Source: the human T2T-CHM13v2.0 reference genome, Homo sapiens. Taken from it: a stretch of DNA of 64,000 nucleotides. Numbering within the stretch: position 1 is the stretch's first letter; each line of letters opens with the position of its first letter. The DNA is taken from NCBI RefSeq assembly GCF_009914755.1, contig NC_060927.1. One strand, given 5' to 3'. Below, piece after piece: positions 14,167 through 27,874 of the stretch. The position numbers and the translations under genes are program-made. The notes beneath the pieces are model-generated. The model was given only the letters and a program-made list of their open reading frames with translations. It was not told the origin of the DNA and did not search any database.

Positions 14167-16140
14167 GATTTGCTCTTCAGCAGCTCTCTCTTTTCTTGCT
14201 GCCCCATAAAATTAGTTACATTTTATGCCAAGGCTAGCTTTCTAGGATGCCAGGTAATAGAAAAAAAAAAATGAAATGTCTGTGCTCCATAGGCACAGAC
14301 TATTTCAGTACTATTTAGGATAGTATTTCAGTACTATTTAGGATATATCTTTGTTCATGAATTTCTTTTCTAGTTTCTGGTTCACACATGGATTCTAGTC
14401 TCAGCATTTCCTTACTAGGGGAATTCACTCATGCTCACTTTGGGCTGTTCTGATTTCCTTTATTTGGATCATTTTAATATCTCTTCTTTAATAAAACCTA
14501 TCTGATTGAGTTCAGTCTTCTAACAATAAATCTGAAACATAAACTATATATAAAATGTTGGGCTTTTGTTTTCAAAAGAAGCATAGATGTATTGAAAGCT
14601 TTTGTCAATTTTAGGTGTTTATAGGTAGAAATTTAGTTTTGCCCCTAGTGGAGTATGAGGACTCCATAAAAATGAATCTGCTTTAAAAACAATAAAACAA
14701 TTTAAAAATCTTTCTTTCTCCACCCCCTAAATCAGAACAGTCACAGGGCAGCATGTGCACTGAAACTTAACCATAATATTGTCCTTGGTTCATCTTGTAG
14801 GGTTATACGCAATAGCAAGATAGTCCTGTGTTTCCTGTAATTCCGGCCCTTCAGCCGGACCTACCCTGACACAAGGTGACCTCTTGTATGTGCTGACTAG
14901 TCTGCCGGAGTTATCTAAGCAATCTGTCGACCTTTAAGGTTTCAGCTGTCTCTGTAGGGTAATTGTCTGATTTCGAGATTTTGGGGGTTGGGAACTTCAT
15001 AAACTCCCTTAGCAGCCAGTTTTGAAAAGTTTGGGGTTAGCCATAATCTTTTATCTTCGTTTTTTGGACCTTCAGGAAAATAGTATATAAATGATAAGCA
15101 ACCTTCTTATAAAAGCTCTTTATAAAGTTTAAAATAAATATGAAATCCTTTCTTAGCCTTCTCATTTCCTCTCTAATATCCTCAATTTCCTTTAGCTATT
15201 TTTAATCATTATTTCCTGAAAAGGGTGATGTTTGATTGCATCACATTTCTGCATTATGTTTTGTGTGTCCAAGAACTTTTGCTTATTTTATGGATGTAGT
15301 CTTTTAAATCAGAGTTTTGGCAGTAAACATTTCTGGTAACTTAAAAAAAAAAAGCTTTCAAGGGTAAGGATTGTTCTGTAGTTTTGAGAGTTTTCCAGTT
15401 GGCTTGTACAAGACTGAATAAAGAAAATAAAAAAGCAGTATGTAATTTTTTGGATACAGCCTTTTCTATGATATTATAATGATTATGATGGATTATTTTG
15501 GAAGAACCTCATTTTCACAGCCAGAAAGTAGTATGATGCTTTCAGGTACAAACTTCCATGAAGAAAGCTACCATGATCTTAAGAACAGGTGTTCTCAAGA
15601 ATATGGCTAAATAGATAATTTGTAGACAAAAAAATAAGCATGTAGGTTTTTTTCTCTTGAAAGAAACCTTTTTACTTCATGAAGTAAATGTAGACTTTTA
15701 TATTTGTCTCGTTAACCTATAGTTGTGTTTTTCTGTATGTTTAGATTCTGATTTGAGATATTTAAAATAACTAGTTGATTCTGATATATTTTATTACTAG
15801 GCTTTTCAATTGTAAATAACTCCTTACTTTCTTTTTCAGTTAAGAGTTAATAGAAGGGTCATAATTTTTTATTGATCCAATAACATTTTCTCATTGAGTT
15901 TTAGTTTCATATTGGGAAGTTAATAGTTTTTTATAGTGGAAGATATATTGTTCTTTTTCATTTTTTCTTGAAGAATGCACTGTACTTCTGTATTTATAGT
16001 TCAGTTTTATATGCCTATAAAACAATGATGCATACTATGATAAGTATCATTTGTTTGAATGTACGTTTTAGCTTTTACTTTCAGTAAACTTAAAAGGATT
16101 TCAATTTAGCTTTGGTCACTGGGTTTTTCTCCTTTTGTAG

Positions 16141-16295
16141 CCTTTTCCTTTAGTCTCCTCTTCCCGGTGGTTGGTAAAAAGAGGTGAATTGACAGCCTAT
16201 GTTGAAGACACTGTGCTTTTCTCAAGAAGGACATCCAAACAGCAAGTCTACTTCTTTCTCTTTAACGATGTGCTCATTATCACCAAGAAGAAGAG
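16141..16295 (+). CDS. ARHGEF26: ARHGEF26 internal coding exon (start of PH domain)
   Basis: Acceptor tttttctccttttgtag|, donor AG|gtaagt. 155 nt, phase 0-2. Translates PFPLVSSSRWLVKRGELTAYVEDTVLFSRRTSKQQVYFFLFNDVLIITKKK; FLFND is the Dbl-family PH signature. Confidence 0.95.
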
Positions 16296-16942
16296 GTAAG
16301 TCTTTATCTGGTGTTGCTGACTAGACATTCCAGTTTTAAAGTTCTGTAATTCAGATGCCTGTTAGGGTGATCATCCTTTAAAAGCTAGAAATGTTGGAAG
16401 TATAGTTTCTACATACTGAATCATAATTGCATCTATGGTTCATTTTCTTTAAATTGCTTATGTAGTTTCAGACGAATCATTATCTGCATCATGATTCTTG
16501 CCAACCTCTATTGAGCCACTGTTCTAAGCATTTTACACATTTATATCATTCAATTCTTATGATATCCCTGAGAAGGTAGCACTGTTTTTATTCTCATTCT
16601 GTGTTTTTCAGACTCCTTCTACCATAAAATTTTTGTGTAAAACAGAAAAAAGTTGGTCCAGTTGAGAACAGGTTGGGGAGCAACTCTAGTGCTCCTTTTA
16701 ACTTAATTTAAAATGCACTGCTTTTAATGATCCTTAGTCTAAAACATTCCCCTGTGACTGGGAAGGTGTTAGCCATACTCCCTTCTGAAGGGAATGAAGT
16801 AAATCATTTGATTGGCAGAGTGTTTGTTCTTCTTACTCCAGGCTTCTAGTTCTGTGTTTGTGTCCAGCTCTGGTGAGATGTCCATGAAGAATATTGTAGA
16901 AACCTTTTCTTTCCAGTATTTCTTCTGTCAGACTGTTTCTGT

Positions 16943-16946
<4 letters not shown>

Positions 16947-16991
<45 letters not shown>
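16947..16991. repeat. (CA)n microsatellite, ~22 units
   Basis: Directly visible. Confidence 0.95.
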
Positions 16992-16993
<2 letters not shown>

Positions 16994-17587
16994 CTTCAGC
17001 TCTGCCTTTCTCTGGGGAACATACTTTATTAAATGCACCCAACACATGTAAGGTCCTATGTAAATATTCCGTCTTTCCTAGAATATGAACTTAGAGTGAA
17101 AACTTAAATCTGTGGGCTGTTATTTCCACATATGAGGGAAATGATGGTGGCCTGAATTGATGGCATATGGTGGGATCAGGGGTGGTCCTGGGGTGCAATT
17201 TAGGCAAGGTGAAGAGAATTATAGAAACAGATCTCTATGAAAATACAAAATAAATGTCCAAATGTATCAGGCATATTTAATTAAATGCTAGTTCTGAGTT
17301 GCTGACTTTATAGCTTGAAAATTCAAACTAAATTAAAACAGATTGAGTTCTTCTTTTTGCTCCTTTTAATCAGACCATATTATGAATTATTTCAGCTGAG
17401 TGGCTGTCTAGCTGAAATGAAATGTTAGTATGGTCTTCCCTGAGAAGCCATAATGTGACAATGATACATACATTAAAATGCTGATCATTATTTTTCATAC
17501 TTAGGAAAATTCTATTTCCATATCTCCAAGGAGAAATTACTTCTCTTACCTGGAGTAGTCTAAATAGTTCTAGCAGCTAAGTAAAAA

Positions 17588-17874
<287 letters not shown>

Positions 17875-18429
17875 GTAAATTTTATAAAGAAAGATGGGAG
17901 AAGAATTATAATTTTTATGTTTTTGTGTTTTGTTGGTTTCCTATGAGATAGCATTTTTCCTTGGCTTTCTCCAGGATGTTTTGTTTTTAGGGGAGAGTAA
18001 TTATATATGTCTCTTCAAATGCCAGAACTCTTGACTTTTAACATCTTCCAGCTGTTGAAATATTTGTTCTGTCTCAGTAGACCAAGAGCTTTAACTAAAA
18101 TTTGATTTAAATGGTAAAATGTACACTGACAGTACCAAGCCAATTTTAAATATAAATGTAATTTCGATTATGATGACTTTGGTGACTTAATGAAAATATT
18201 AAAGGTATTTAAACCAGTACAGTGCAACTTTTGTTCTTGAATTTGCACAGACCTACTCAATAAATATAGACTATTGAAAGTCAGAATTAAGGTATATGCT
18301 CTTCTACTTAGTAGCGTACTTTGCCCTTCACAGATGGTGTTGCTCTCCTAGCTATCCCACATTTATTTGCTCAGGTAAATTTGAACTTGTATTATTAATA
18401 AAGAGCAATGCCATTGGGAGTCTTTGAGA

Positions 18430-18730
18430 ATTTTTTTTTTTTTTTTGAGACGGGCGTTTTGCTGTTGTTGCCCAGGCTGGAGTGCAATGGCATGATCTCT
18501 GGTTCACTGCAACCTCTGCCTCCCAGGTTCAAGTGATTCTCCTGCCTCAGCCTCCTGAGTAGCTGGGATTACAGGCATGCGCCACCATGCCTGGCTAATT
18601 TTGTATTTTTAGTAGAGATGGGGTTTCTCCATGTTTGTCAGGCTGGTCTAGAACTCCTGACCTCAGGTGATCTGCCTGTCTCGGCCTCCCAAAGTGCTGG
18701 AATTAGAGGCGTGAGCCACCGCACCTGGCC
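18430..18730 (-). mobile_element. Alu (AluSp/Sq-like)
   Basis: Full-length reverse-complement Alu with ggggtttctccatgtt-type sequence. Confidence 0.93.
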
Positions 18731-19497
18731 TTTTTTTTTTTTCTTTTTCTTTTTTTTCTTTTTCTTTTTTTTAAGAGCAAGATACACAGCTCCAATGGAG
18801 AGGACAACCTGAGTACCTAACTTGGCCTTTACCAAAACTAGAATTTTTTTTTTGCCTTACCAATTAGTTCATTATATTTCTAGGGTGTTCTTAGGTAATA
18901 GTATTGGAGACCTAATTGTTTATGACCTGAATATGTGGTGAGGTTACATGCAAACCACAGAAGCTTGATAAACAGACTTGGTTAAAAATGTACACTATGC
19001 CTGACCGTATTTACATGATAGCTTCAAGGAGGCGACTGCAAATGCTTTGCATGCCAGAGGCAACAGTAAAGGAGATACAACAACCCTGAACAAGGCGATA
19101 ATTTAGGCTTGGCCACAAGTTACAGATAAAGGAAAATCACCTGTGCCAGCGCTTGAGGACTGATCTAGCCACCCACTGCCTAATTCTAATTCCAGGTTTC
19201 AGTCAAGGAACTTAGCAGCTGGGCTTCCAGTGGTTTTCCTCTTCAGGGAGGTTTTTCAGCTACTGAGAAAAGCTGCTCGGGAGGACAGTTACTCTTCCTC
19301 CTCCGATCCAGACTGGCAGAAGGTTTATACTGGGCACATTCCATAGATTGCTGAGGTGTGTGGACCCCCTCCACTTCACAGTGCATGTATCACTGCTTGT
19401 GCTTGTAAAGCTGGCTTGATGAGTGGCCATGACACTGTCTTTGTGACAGGAATTTTCACTTTTTTAGAACATTAAAAACAAGCTTATTTTAATTATT

Positions 19498-19656
19498 AAT
19501 TTTTTTTTTAGAGACGGGACCTTGTTATGTTGCCCAGGCTGCAGTTCAGTGGCTATTCACAGGCATGATCATAGCACACTGCAGCCTCACACTCCTGGGC
19601 TCAGGCAGCCCTTCCACCTCAGCCTCCTGAGTAGCTGGGGCTGTGGGCATGTGCCT
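19498..19656 (-). mobile_element. FAM (fossil Alu monomer) / 7SL-derived SINE
   Basis: Contains agtggctattcacaggc, the reverse complement of 7SL CCTGTGAATAGCCACT, which dimeric Alus lack. Confidence 0.8.
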
Positions 19657-19838
19657 TTCTCTTTACAAGAAAGTTTAAAGTTTTCATTAGCCCTGGCTGC
19701 TAGTGAGTCACTCTGTTAATAGCCTGGTTCTACCAGATTTCAAAAGGATACATGATTGATTACTCTGGATGAGGGATGAGGACATGAACACTTTGGTATT
19801 TGAAGCTTTGACTAGAAGTTATCTGGGTACTGCAAGAG

Positions 19839-20065
19839 CAGACTTCTCAACCTTGGCACGATTGACATTTTGGGGCCTGATGTTTCTTTGTTGTAGAGGA
19901 CTGTCCTGTGCAATAATGTAGGATGTTTTAGCAGCATTCCTCGTCTCTATCCACTGTTCGCTAGTAACAGCCCCCTTACACCCTAGTTGCGACAACCAAA
20001 AATGTCTCTGGACGTTTTTGCCTAATGTCCCCATGGAGCAAATCCCTGCTAGTTGACAACCACTA
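19839..20065. mobile_element. MER20 hAT DNA transposon
   Basis: ttctcaaccttggcacgattgacattttgggg...gacaaccaaaaatgtctctggac...agttgacaaccact. Confidence 0.88.
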
Positions 20066-20470
20066 TACTAGCATGGTAGTAAACTAAACTAGCTTTGCCT
20101 TTGGAGTAGTGAAGGTGTGAAAATCTATCAGACTGACACAGCAAGAATAGTAATATTGTATTATAAAAGTAATTTATTGTCAAGTTATACTCATAGATTA
20201 ACAAATAACATTATAATATCCAATATGTGCCTACTGATAACTTATTATAATAAAGATGAATTACAGACTGTACCTTCATGTATAACCTATGGTCTAAATA
20301 CTGTTGTTCCTAGTTTTGAAATACAAAACTGAATCCAAGATCTAACTAGGTTCAAGCTACTAAAAGATTTATTTTGTAAGATATAGTCCCTTCTATCTGG
20401 CTTAGGTCTTCTCTACCAATATCACCTGAAGCTGAAAGCAAAATTTTCCTTCCTGTATTTGTTTCCTTAC

Positions 20471-20568
20471 TGTGTTAGTTTCTTACAGCTGCTGTATCAA
20501 AGTGCCACAAACAAAGTGAGTGGCTTAAAACAGTCAGAATTTATTGTCTCACAGTTCTGGAGGCCAGG
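20471..20568 (-). mobile_element. MLT1 LTR fragment, followed by a MIR piece to ~20680
   Basis: gctgctgtatcaaagtgccacaaac...ggcttaaaacag...atttattgtctcacagttctggaggccagg. Confidence 0.75.
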
Positions 20569-21654
20569 ATTATTTCCATTTCACAGATGAAGACGCTGAG
20601 GAAAAGAGAGATAAAATATCTTTTTCAAGGTCTTTCAGCAGAGCCAGGATTCTAATCTGAGTCTTTGTTTCCAGAGGCTCAATTTCTTTATGTTCATTAC
20701 TTCTTCATTTTATTTTTCTAGAATATTTCACTTTTCCCCTCATCCTATAAAGTTATTGGGGGAAAAAAGCATAGAAACTTACAACTTTTTTGTTTGTTTG
20801 GAGAAACATCTTTTCCAAAGTAAGCTTTTGTTGAGTATTTTTATAGTTTTACTGGTTGTAGGAGAAAACTAGAACCAGTACCAAATCATATTTGTGAGTT
20901 TTCCTCTGCCATTAGCTAATCTAGCATCAGAATCTGGGGAAGAGTTTCCCTTTGTTAACATTTCCTTCCTGCAGACATTTAAGACAGGAGATTTCTACTT
21001 CCTGATTTCTGGTTCCATAAATACTGTGTATAGCTTGAGCCCTGGTTACAACTTTCTAGGTTTTATAAAAAGGTTTTCAAAATTTTTAATTTTTTTTTCA
21101 GGTTTTATAAAATTTTCTGTAATAGCAAACTACTAGGTCATTATCATAAGGTCAAGGACTTAAGTTCAAATTTGGATTTTCCCAAATAGTTTGAACACCC
21201 AGTGGCTCAAAGCTGTGCAGGCTCCCTTGAAAGGTTCATGGCCTGGTTTGGTTCCATTTTTTGCTTTTTCCATGAGAATGCTCTTTCCTATTATAGAAAG
21301 CTGAAAATCACCTGATACCTGTTTCATCTGCAGAATAAACTCGTTCCTAGGGAAGTCAAGAGTATCCTGGCTAAAGGAAAGGCAGTAAAAATGATTGCAA
21401 GCTCCTTTGTTCCTGAAACACATGAAGCTTGCTTATTTCTGACCATTTTGGAATTGAGTTCTAAATTCAAGATGGCAAGATGGGGTGGAAAAGAAATGGG
21501 AGCCCTGTTTCCTTTTTGCTCCTTTTTTTCTTCCGCTGTCATTTGCAGCCTTGATTCCTCTGATGTTATGAGGTATTGTTTCCCCTGCATCTGTAAGGAG
21601 AGTTGGCATTGCTGTTAAATGTTGAAAGCTGCCACTACTGAGAAGCACAATATC

Positions 21655-21815
21655 GATGCCTGGGGTCAGAAAACTGAGCTCAAATCCTGGGCAAATTACT
21701 TCTCGTCTCTCAGAGCCTCAGTGTTCTATCTGTAATATGGGGATAATAACATCATCTTCATCATGGAGTTTCTGTGAGAATTAAATGAGATAATGCACAT
21801 GAAGCTCTTACTACA
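21655..21815 (+). mobile_element. MIR
   Basis: gggcaaattactt...agcctcagtgttctatctgtaatatggggataataac...gagaattaaatgagataatgcac. Confidence 0.8.
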
Positions 21816-22924
21816 GTGAATATGAATAGTCCTGCTAAGTAACTGATACATGCTATCATTAAGATTATTTTTGGTATTGTGTTTCTCTCTCTAAAGATTT
21901 TGCCGTAAATCAAATTATTGCCCTTCTGCTTCTAGAATATTTTATTGTTTTTTAAAAAATGATTTTAAACCTTTACGTAATTGCTACATAGCTGAAGGTA
22001 CGGCACGCTCTAGGACCAGACATGAATTTATGGCCTCCAGAACATGAGCAGTTTAGGAATAAATGCCTTTAACTCTATGCCTTTCCCTCCTCATGAAACC
22101 CATGTCAGGCGGCAAGTGAGTGAGGAAAAACTATTGGTCAATTTTTATTCTTTATAAATTGGTGTAAATCATGTGTACACGTTGTAGTAGCAGTTTTTTT
22201 TTTTTGCACTATTCCTAAATGACTAGGAGACACTATAACATTGTTGCTGAAAAATGTGAAATAAATAGTATATTTTTCCTTTTTATTGATGTCGTCAGTA
22301 GTGTGGTACTCCTGAATTGGAGTGTGGGGTTGCTGTATAATTTGGATAACCTTGTTACCCACTTAAGAAGCTGTGCCTGCTCTTCAGGGCTTGCTTAGTT
22401 CAGCTTATCCCAGGGAGAGAGCTTCAGAAAGGTGGTGACAGCCTCTCAGAACTGTCCATCTCCTCTTTTTCAAGGACTGTGGGTTCAGAGCATCCCATGA
22501 GCAGCCACAGAAGTGCTGGGCTGTGGCATCTGGTGACCCTTGGTGACAGGGATGGGGCTTCCTGGCCCTTTTCTGGGTCACTGGCCATCTTTTTTGGTGG
22601 CAGTCATACTGATGAATGGGGATCCTCATCTCCACTATTTGTTATATTATTAACAATGAAATAGGATGTATGTGGCATGTTTGTTAGACTTCAGAATTAG
22701 CTTGAGGAACTGAGCAAGTAAGCCTATTTGAAATCAGTTTCTGGATAAATATTGTGCCTTGTTTTGCTGGTCTGAGCACTTGCCAAATTGTGGATTTCTT
22801 GACATGGGTATTTAGCTCTAATTATGCTTGGTCCACTTGTGCATTTGCAAAACATATAATTATCAGGCTTTTAACAAAATGTCAGGCAATTTAAATGGAT
22901 GGCGTTCTGTTAAGAAAATAAAAA

Positions 22925-23118
22925 AAATAGCTGACATTTACTGTAAGTCAGGCATGATTGTAAGTGCCTTACACGCAATGAGGTAATAAATGTATTATCT
23001 CATTTAATCCTCTCAACAATCCAGTCAAGTTGGTACTGTTATTCCCACTTTACAGATGAGAAAACTGAAGCACAGAGAGGATCAGTAACTTGCTTTGGTT
23101 CACAAAGCCAGTGAGTGA
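22925..23118 (-). mobile_element. MIR, interrupted by an Alu
   Basis: ctcatttaatcctctcaacaa...cccactttacagatgagaaaactgaagcacagagagg. Confidence 0.8.
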
Positions 23119-23423
<305 letters not shown>

Positions 23424-25039
23424 TAGAATTGGGTTTCTTACCAGACATTCCAAATCATGGCTCTACTCTTACCTGCTGTGCCATATTTCATTCCTTTAAA
23501 ATTGTATATTATTCCACTAAAAACATGTTAGTAGTATAATTCTAAAACCAAATTGAAATGGAAATCAACCTCAGTCAAGTGAAAAAAAATTTTTAACTCC
23601 TTGACTTAAAATAAATTTCAGCATAAATTCAATGTCCTTCATCCCAGCAAAGTTTGACTAGAGTGTTTCTGTTCCATTTAAACACACGATCAAGTGCGAC
23701 GGTTTAGGAATCATGTTTTTTAGAAGGAGAAGGGAAACAAGTTGAAATCTACAGAACACTTTTTCTCATACATATATTGGAGGAAAGTAGGAAGAATTTC
23801 CTTTGATCTCATAAACCCCATTAACTCCTGTGTATCAGTGCTACTGGGGGGGAATGTCAGAGCCATTAAATTCCTCAGAGGGATTTAATGCACGACAGTC
23901 TAGAAGAGGATCTTGGAGAGTGTCCCCAAAGAAGAATGACTTAGAAATGTCACAGAAGGCATTAGAAGATAGAGTTTCAGGATTCACAGTTGCTCAGTGT
24001 CACTAGATTCTGTATACATGCAAAGAGAAATAATGGTGAAATCCAGGTGTTTAATTTGGTGGGGTGATGGGCCATGGTGGCCTTCGGAAGCCATTTCACT
24101 GGCCTGTAAGCACAAGGGTCTGAAAAAACGCAGGCAGCTGCTAACTCAGGAAACATTTGTTGTGGCACCAGCACATTCTAGTAAATATTTTTTTCGGGAC
24201 AGAAAAGCTATGTGAATGTTCTAAAGCCTATGGAAAGGAAACTACTGAATAGGTAAAAAATAAATGTCACTATCTTGAGAATATATGCCAAAAATCATAT
24301 GAATATCAATGATGTGATAAATCTCAATAGCATCTTTTCTTTTAAATTAAACCTTTTTACAAAAGGAAGAACTGGAAGTGCTGCTTGGGTTTCCATCTGT
24401 CGGATTTGGGCCATAAAACAGAGTTTTAAAACAATGTAAGCGGGTACGTGAGAGTTACACCTACAGCTGGGGCTGAGAGACGTGGGTTGTGGGAAAGCTG
24501 GCTTGTGCAGTCTAACCCTTTCCCTTGCCTCCCCATCACCATCCTTCCTTTCACTATCCTGGGTGCATCTTGGTAAGCTAGCCTATTTTCCATTCCTGTT
24601 CATCCGTATTAAGTATCTAAAATGCTTGCTAATAAGGATTAAGATGAGAACTTGCCCTAAGGTATGTACATGTTTAACAGCACCTCTCTGACCACAAGGC
24701 AGGCCGTTAAAGGTCTGTATCCAGCAGAAAGACCTGTCTTGTCACTTAGTTTTTCTTCACAACTCTTTATGTACCCAGAGCTTGGGTCCAAGGAAATATC
24801 CTGGTTTAAGGAGTGAGATTGGGATCAACATTTTAAAAAAATATTTGATATGTTTCCCCAAATGTCCCAATATTATTTATTGATTAACCCATTAATTTTT
24901 TTAGAGATTTGAAATGTCACCTCTATATCCCCAGACATGTCTGTGTCAACTCGCAAACCCACTATTCTGCTTCACAATTCATCAGTCAACTCGTGCCCTT
25001 GTCCCAGTCTTTGAATTTCTGCAGCTTTACAGTATGTTT

Positions 25040-25314
25040 ATTTTTTAATTTTTTAATTTTAATTTTAATTTTTTTTGAAGCGGAGTCTCACTTTGTCGCC
25101 CAGGCTGGAGTGCGGTGGCGCAATCTCGGCTCACTGCAAGGTCCGCCTCTCAGGTTCACGCCATTCTTCTGCCTCAGCCTCCTGAGTAGCTGGGACTACA
25201 GGCGCTCACCACCGCGCCCGGCTAATTTTTTGTATTTTTAGAGACGGGGTTTCACCGTGTTATCCAGGATGGTCTCGATCTCCTGACCTTGTGATCCGCC
25301 CGCCTTGGCCTCCC
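25040..25314 (-). mobile_element. AluY, 5'-truncated, nested in old L1M fragments (~24830-25800)
   Basis: TSD tacagtatgttt at 25028-25039 and 25315-25326; Y diagnostics ggttcacgccattct. Confidence 0.93.
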
Positions 25315-27562
25315 TACAGTATGTTTTAATACATCATAAGGCTAGTTTATTCTTTTTTTTTTCCACAATCTTTCTGGCTATTTCTGCATGTTTATTTTTT
25401 TTCCGTGTTTTACAATCAACTCAACTATTTCTACTCCCTGCCATCTCTCAAAAAACCCTTGCTTGTGTTTTCACTGGGTTGTGTTTAAATTATGTATTAA
25501 TTTAGGAGGAATTGGTATCTTGATAATATCAAGCTTTTCTATTCATTAATTTGGGCCTTCTTCTAAAGTTGTTTAAGGTTATCTACATATAGAAGAAACC
25601 TGTTAAGTTTAATCCATATTATGGGTTTTGTGGGTTTTGTCATAAAGTGGGTTTTGTCATAAATAAAGTGACATCTTCATTTTATATTCTAACTGGGTGT
25701 TATTCATATATACAAAAGCCATTTTTTAACACCTAATCACTTTACTGAATTCACTCTCACTTGGTAGTATATTTTCAGTCAATGATGTCATCTGCAAAGA
25801 GTTAGTTGTTAGAGGGCAGAAAAGACATTCCACTATCAGGTAGTCACTTCAGTTGCATCCTTAAGCAGCCACAGACACCTAGAGTGATGATAGCTGTCAT
25901 ATCTATGTATTTTTGATGAAATTCTTGTTTTTTACTTTTACTTGTAAAATGGTTCAACCTTGCAGAAAATTATCAAACATGAACATACCTATCATCCATA
26001 CTTAACAGATACTTTTTGCCGTATTAGTGTCAGATCCCTCCTTTTTAAACAAAAAAAAATATATAAAACACTTCAGATTACCCAAAGTCCTTCCACCCTC
26101 AGCCCTTCTTCCTCCTCTTCTCCAGAGTACCTGCTCCGCTGAAGTTGGCATCTCTTTATTCTTGTGCTAACTACTGCAGATACATATATGGAGCTTTAGT
26201 ATTTTTAAAATGTATGCAAGTTGTATGCAAATTTTTAAATGTCTTCCTGATTTCAAAGTAATAAATATATGCTCAGAATGAAAATTCTAACCTTTATAGA
26301 AATTATGGGACAGAAACTTAAAGGGCTTCATAATAATCTCCTTAAGAAAGCCACTGTTGATAATAAGGTATATCATTTTTCTGCCTTTGATGTTATGTTG
26401 CGTATAGTAGAACCAAACACTGACCTGCTTAACAAAGAATGCCCTCCAGAGAAGAAAAAAACAATCAGAATATGTATTTACCATCATATCCTGTTCTCTA
26501 CTAGTAGTTCTTTATTTTGTTAAAAACAAGAAAAGAAAGAAATCTCAACAAAGGTTACTAGGACCTTAAGTGGATTTCAACAGAGGAACCCATCACTGTT
26601 TACACTTCAAGCAACAGACTTATATAGATTTGATTCAGTTGAAGCACCTGATAGGAGCTGCTGCTTGCACAAAGCAGACGCCTTGATGAGCAGCTGGTAA
26701 ACTTGGAGCACATATAAGACAATCAAAGGAAGTCTCCATATAAACTTCTCCATGCAAGGAAAGATGGTTTTTCCATTTGCCCTTTTCTGAGCACTTTAAC
26801 TTCCTCATTACATGTTCCAAATTGTTTCAGAGACTATATAAACCATATGTTTGTTAAACGATAGAGACAAACATGGGGAAGTCTGATTAGCATCAGCTTC
26901 CCTCAGGAAGGGGGTTTCTTTCCCAACCCTGTTTAGCCTGCTCCATACTTATTGGACATGGGGTAAATAAGCAGAGATGGGAAACGGGCTTTAAACAGCT
27001 GCACCTGGCTATAGAGTTTCTGCTCCTCTTTCTACTGAAGCACTACTGTTAAATGGAATTGTTTCTTTTTATAGTAGATTTCCTAAAAGAGCAGTAAGGA
27101 AGGTGTAAAGACCTACATTATTTATTGCATAATGCAGAAGTTTACTGGCCTAGACGAAGTAATGATATTGGATATTGGGTGATAGTAAATTACTTTAAAA
27201 ACAAACAAAAAGGCCAACATGTTTCCTGCATTTTGTTTTGGACCCAGAAGTCCAGTGGGCCAAGTTCCTTGTTCAGGCATATTCAATGACACAACTATGC
27301 AGATGTGTGGAAATAAACACTTGAGGTGAAATCATATAGCTGTGATTAGGGCAGCCACAGTTTATCATTCAAACTGGACATTTGAGAGGACTACAGGCAT
27401 AAACTGAGCCCAGCAGCCATCCTGGGTCTTAATCAGTGGCATTGTAGTTGTCATTGCTTAAGAGAACAATTAATAAACATTTTAAAAAAGTATCTACTTC
27501 TGTCTTTATCCCCCAAAGACAAGAAATTAAAGCATTTATGACTGAAAATTGAAAAAGAAGCT

Positions 27563-27874
<312 letters not shown>

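Noticed and set aside
14788-14880. Possible cryptic or poison exon (catcttgtag|ggttatacgcaatag...caag|gtgacc) with locally raised CpG
   Set aside because: Splice signals are only moderate and such matches are common in long introns; cannot be supported without junction reads.
23864-23890. 12-bp hairpin cattaaattcct-cag-agggatttaatg (similarly atttcagct...agctgaaat at ~17390)
   Set aside because: Short AT-rich stems like these are expected by chance in 64 kb and are too short for a pre-miRNA.
27463-27480. AGAACA half-site next to a forkhead-like ATAAACA as the androgen-responsive element
   Set aside because: A half-site only, and both short motifs are frequent in AT-rich DNA.
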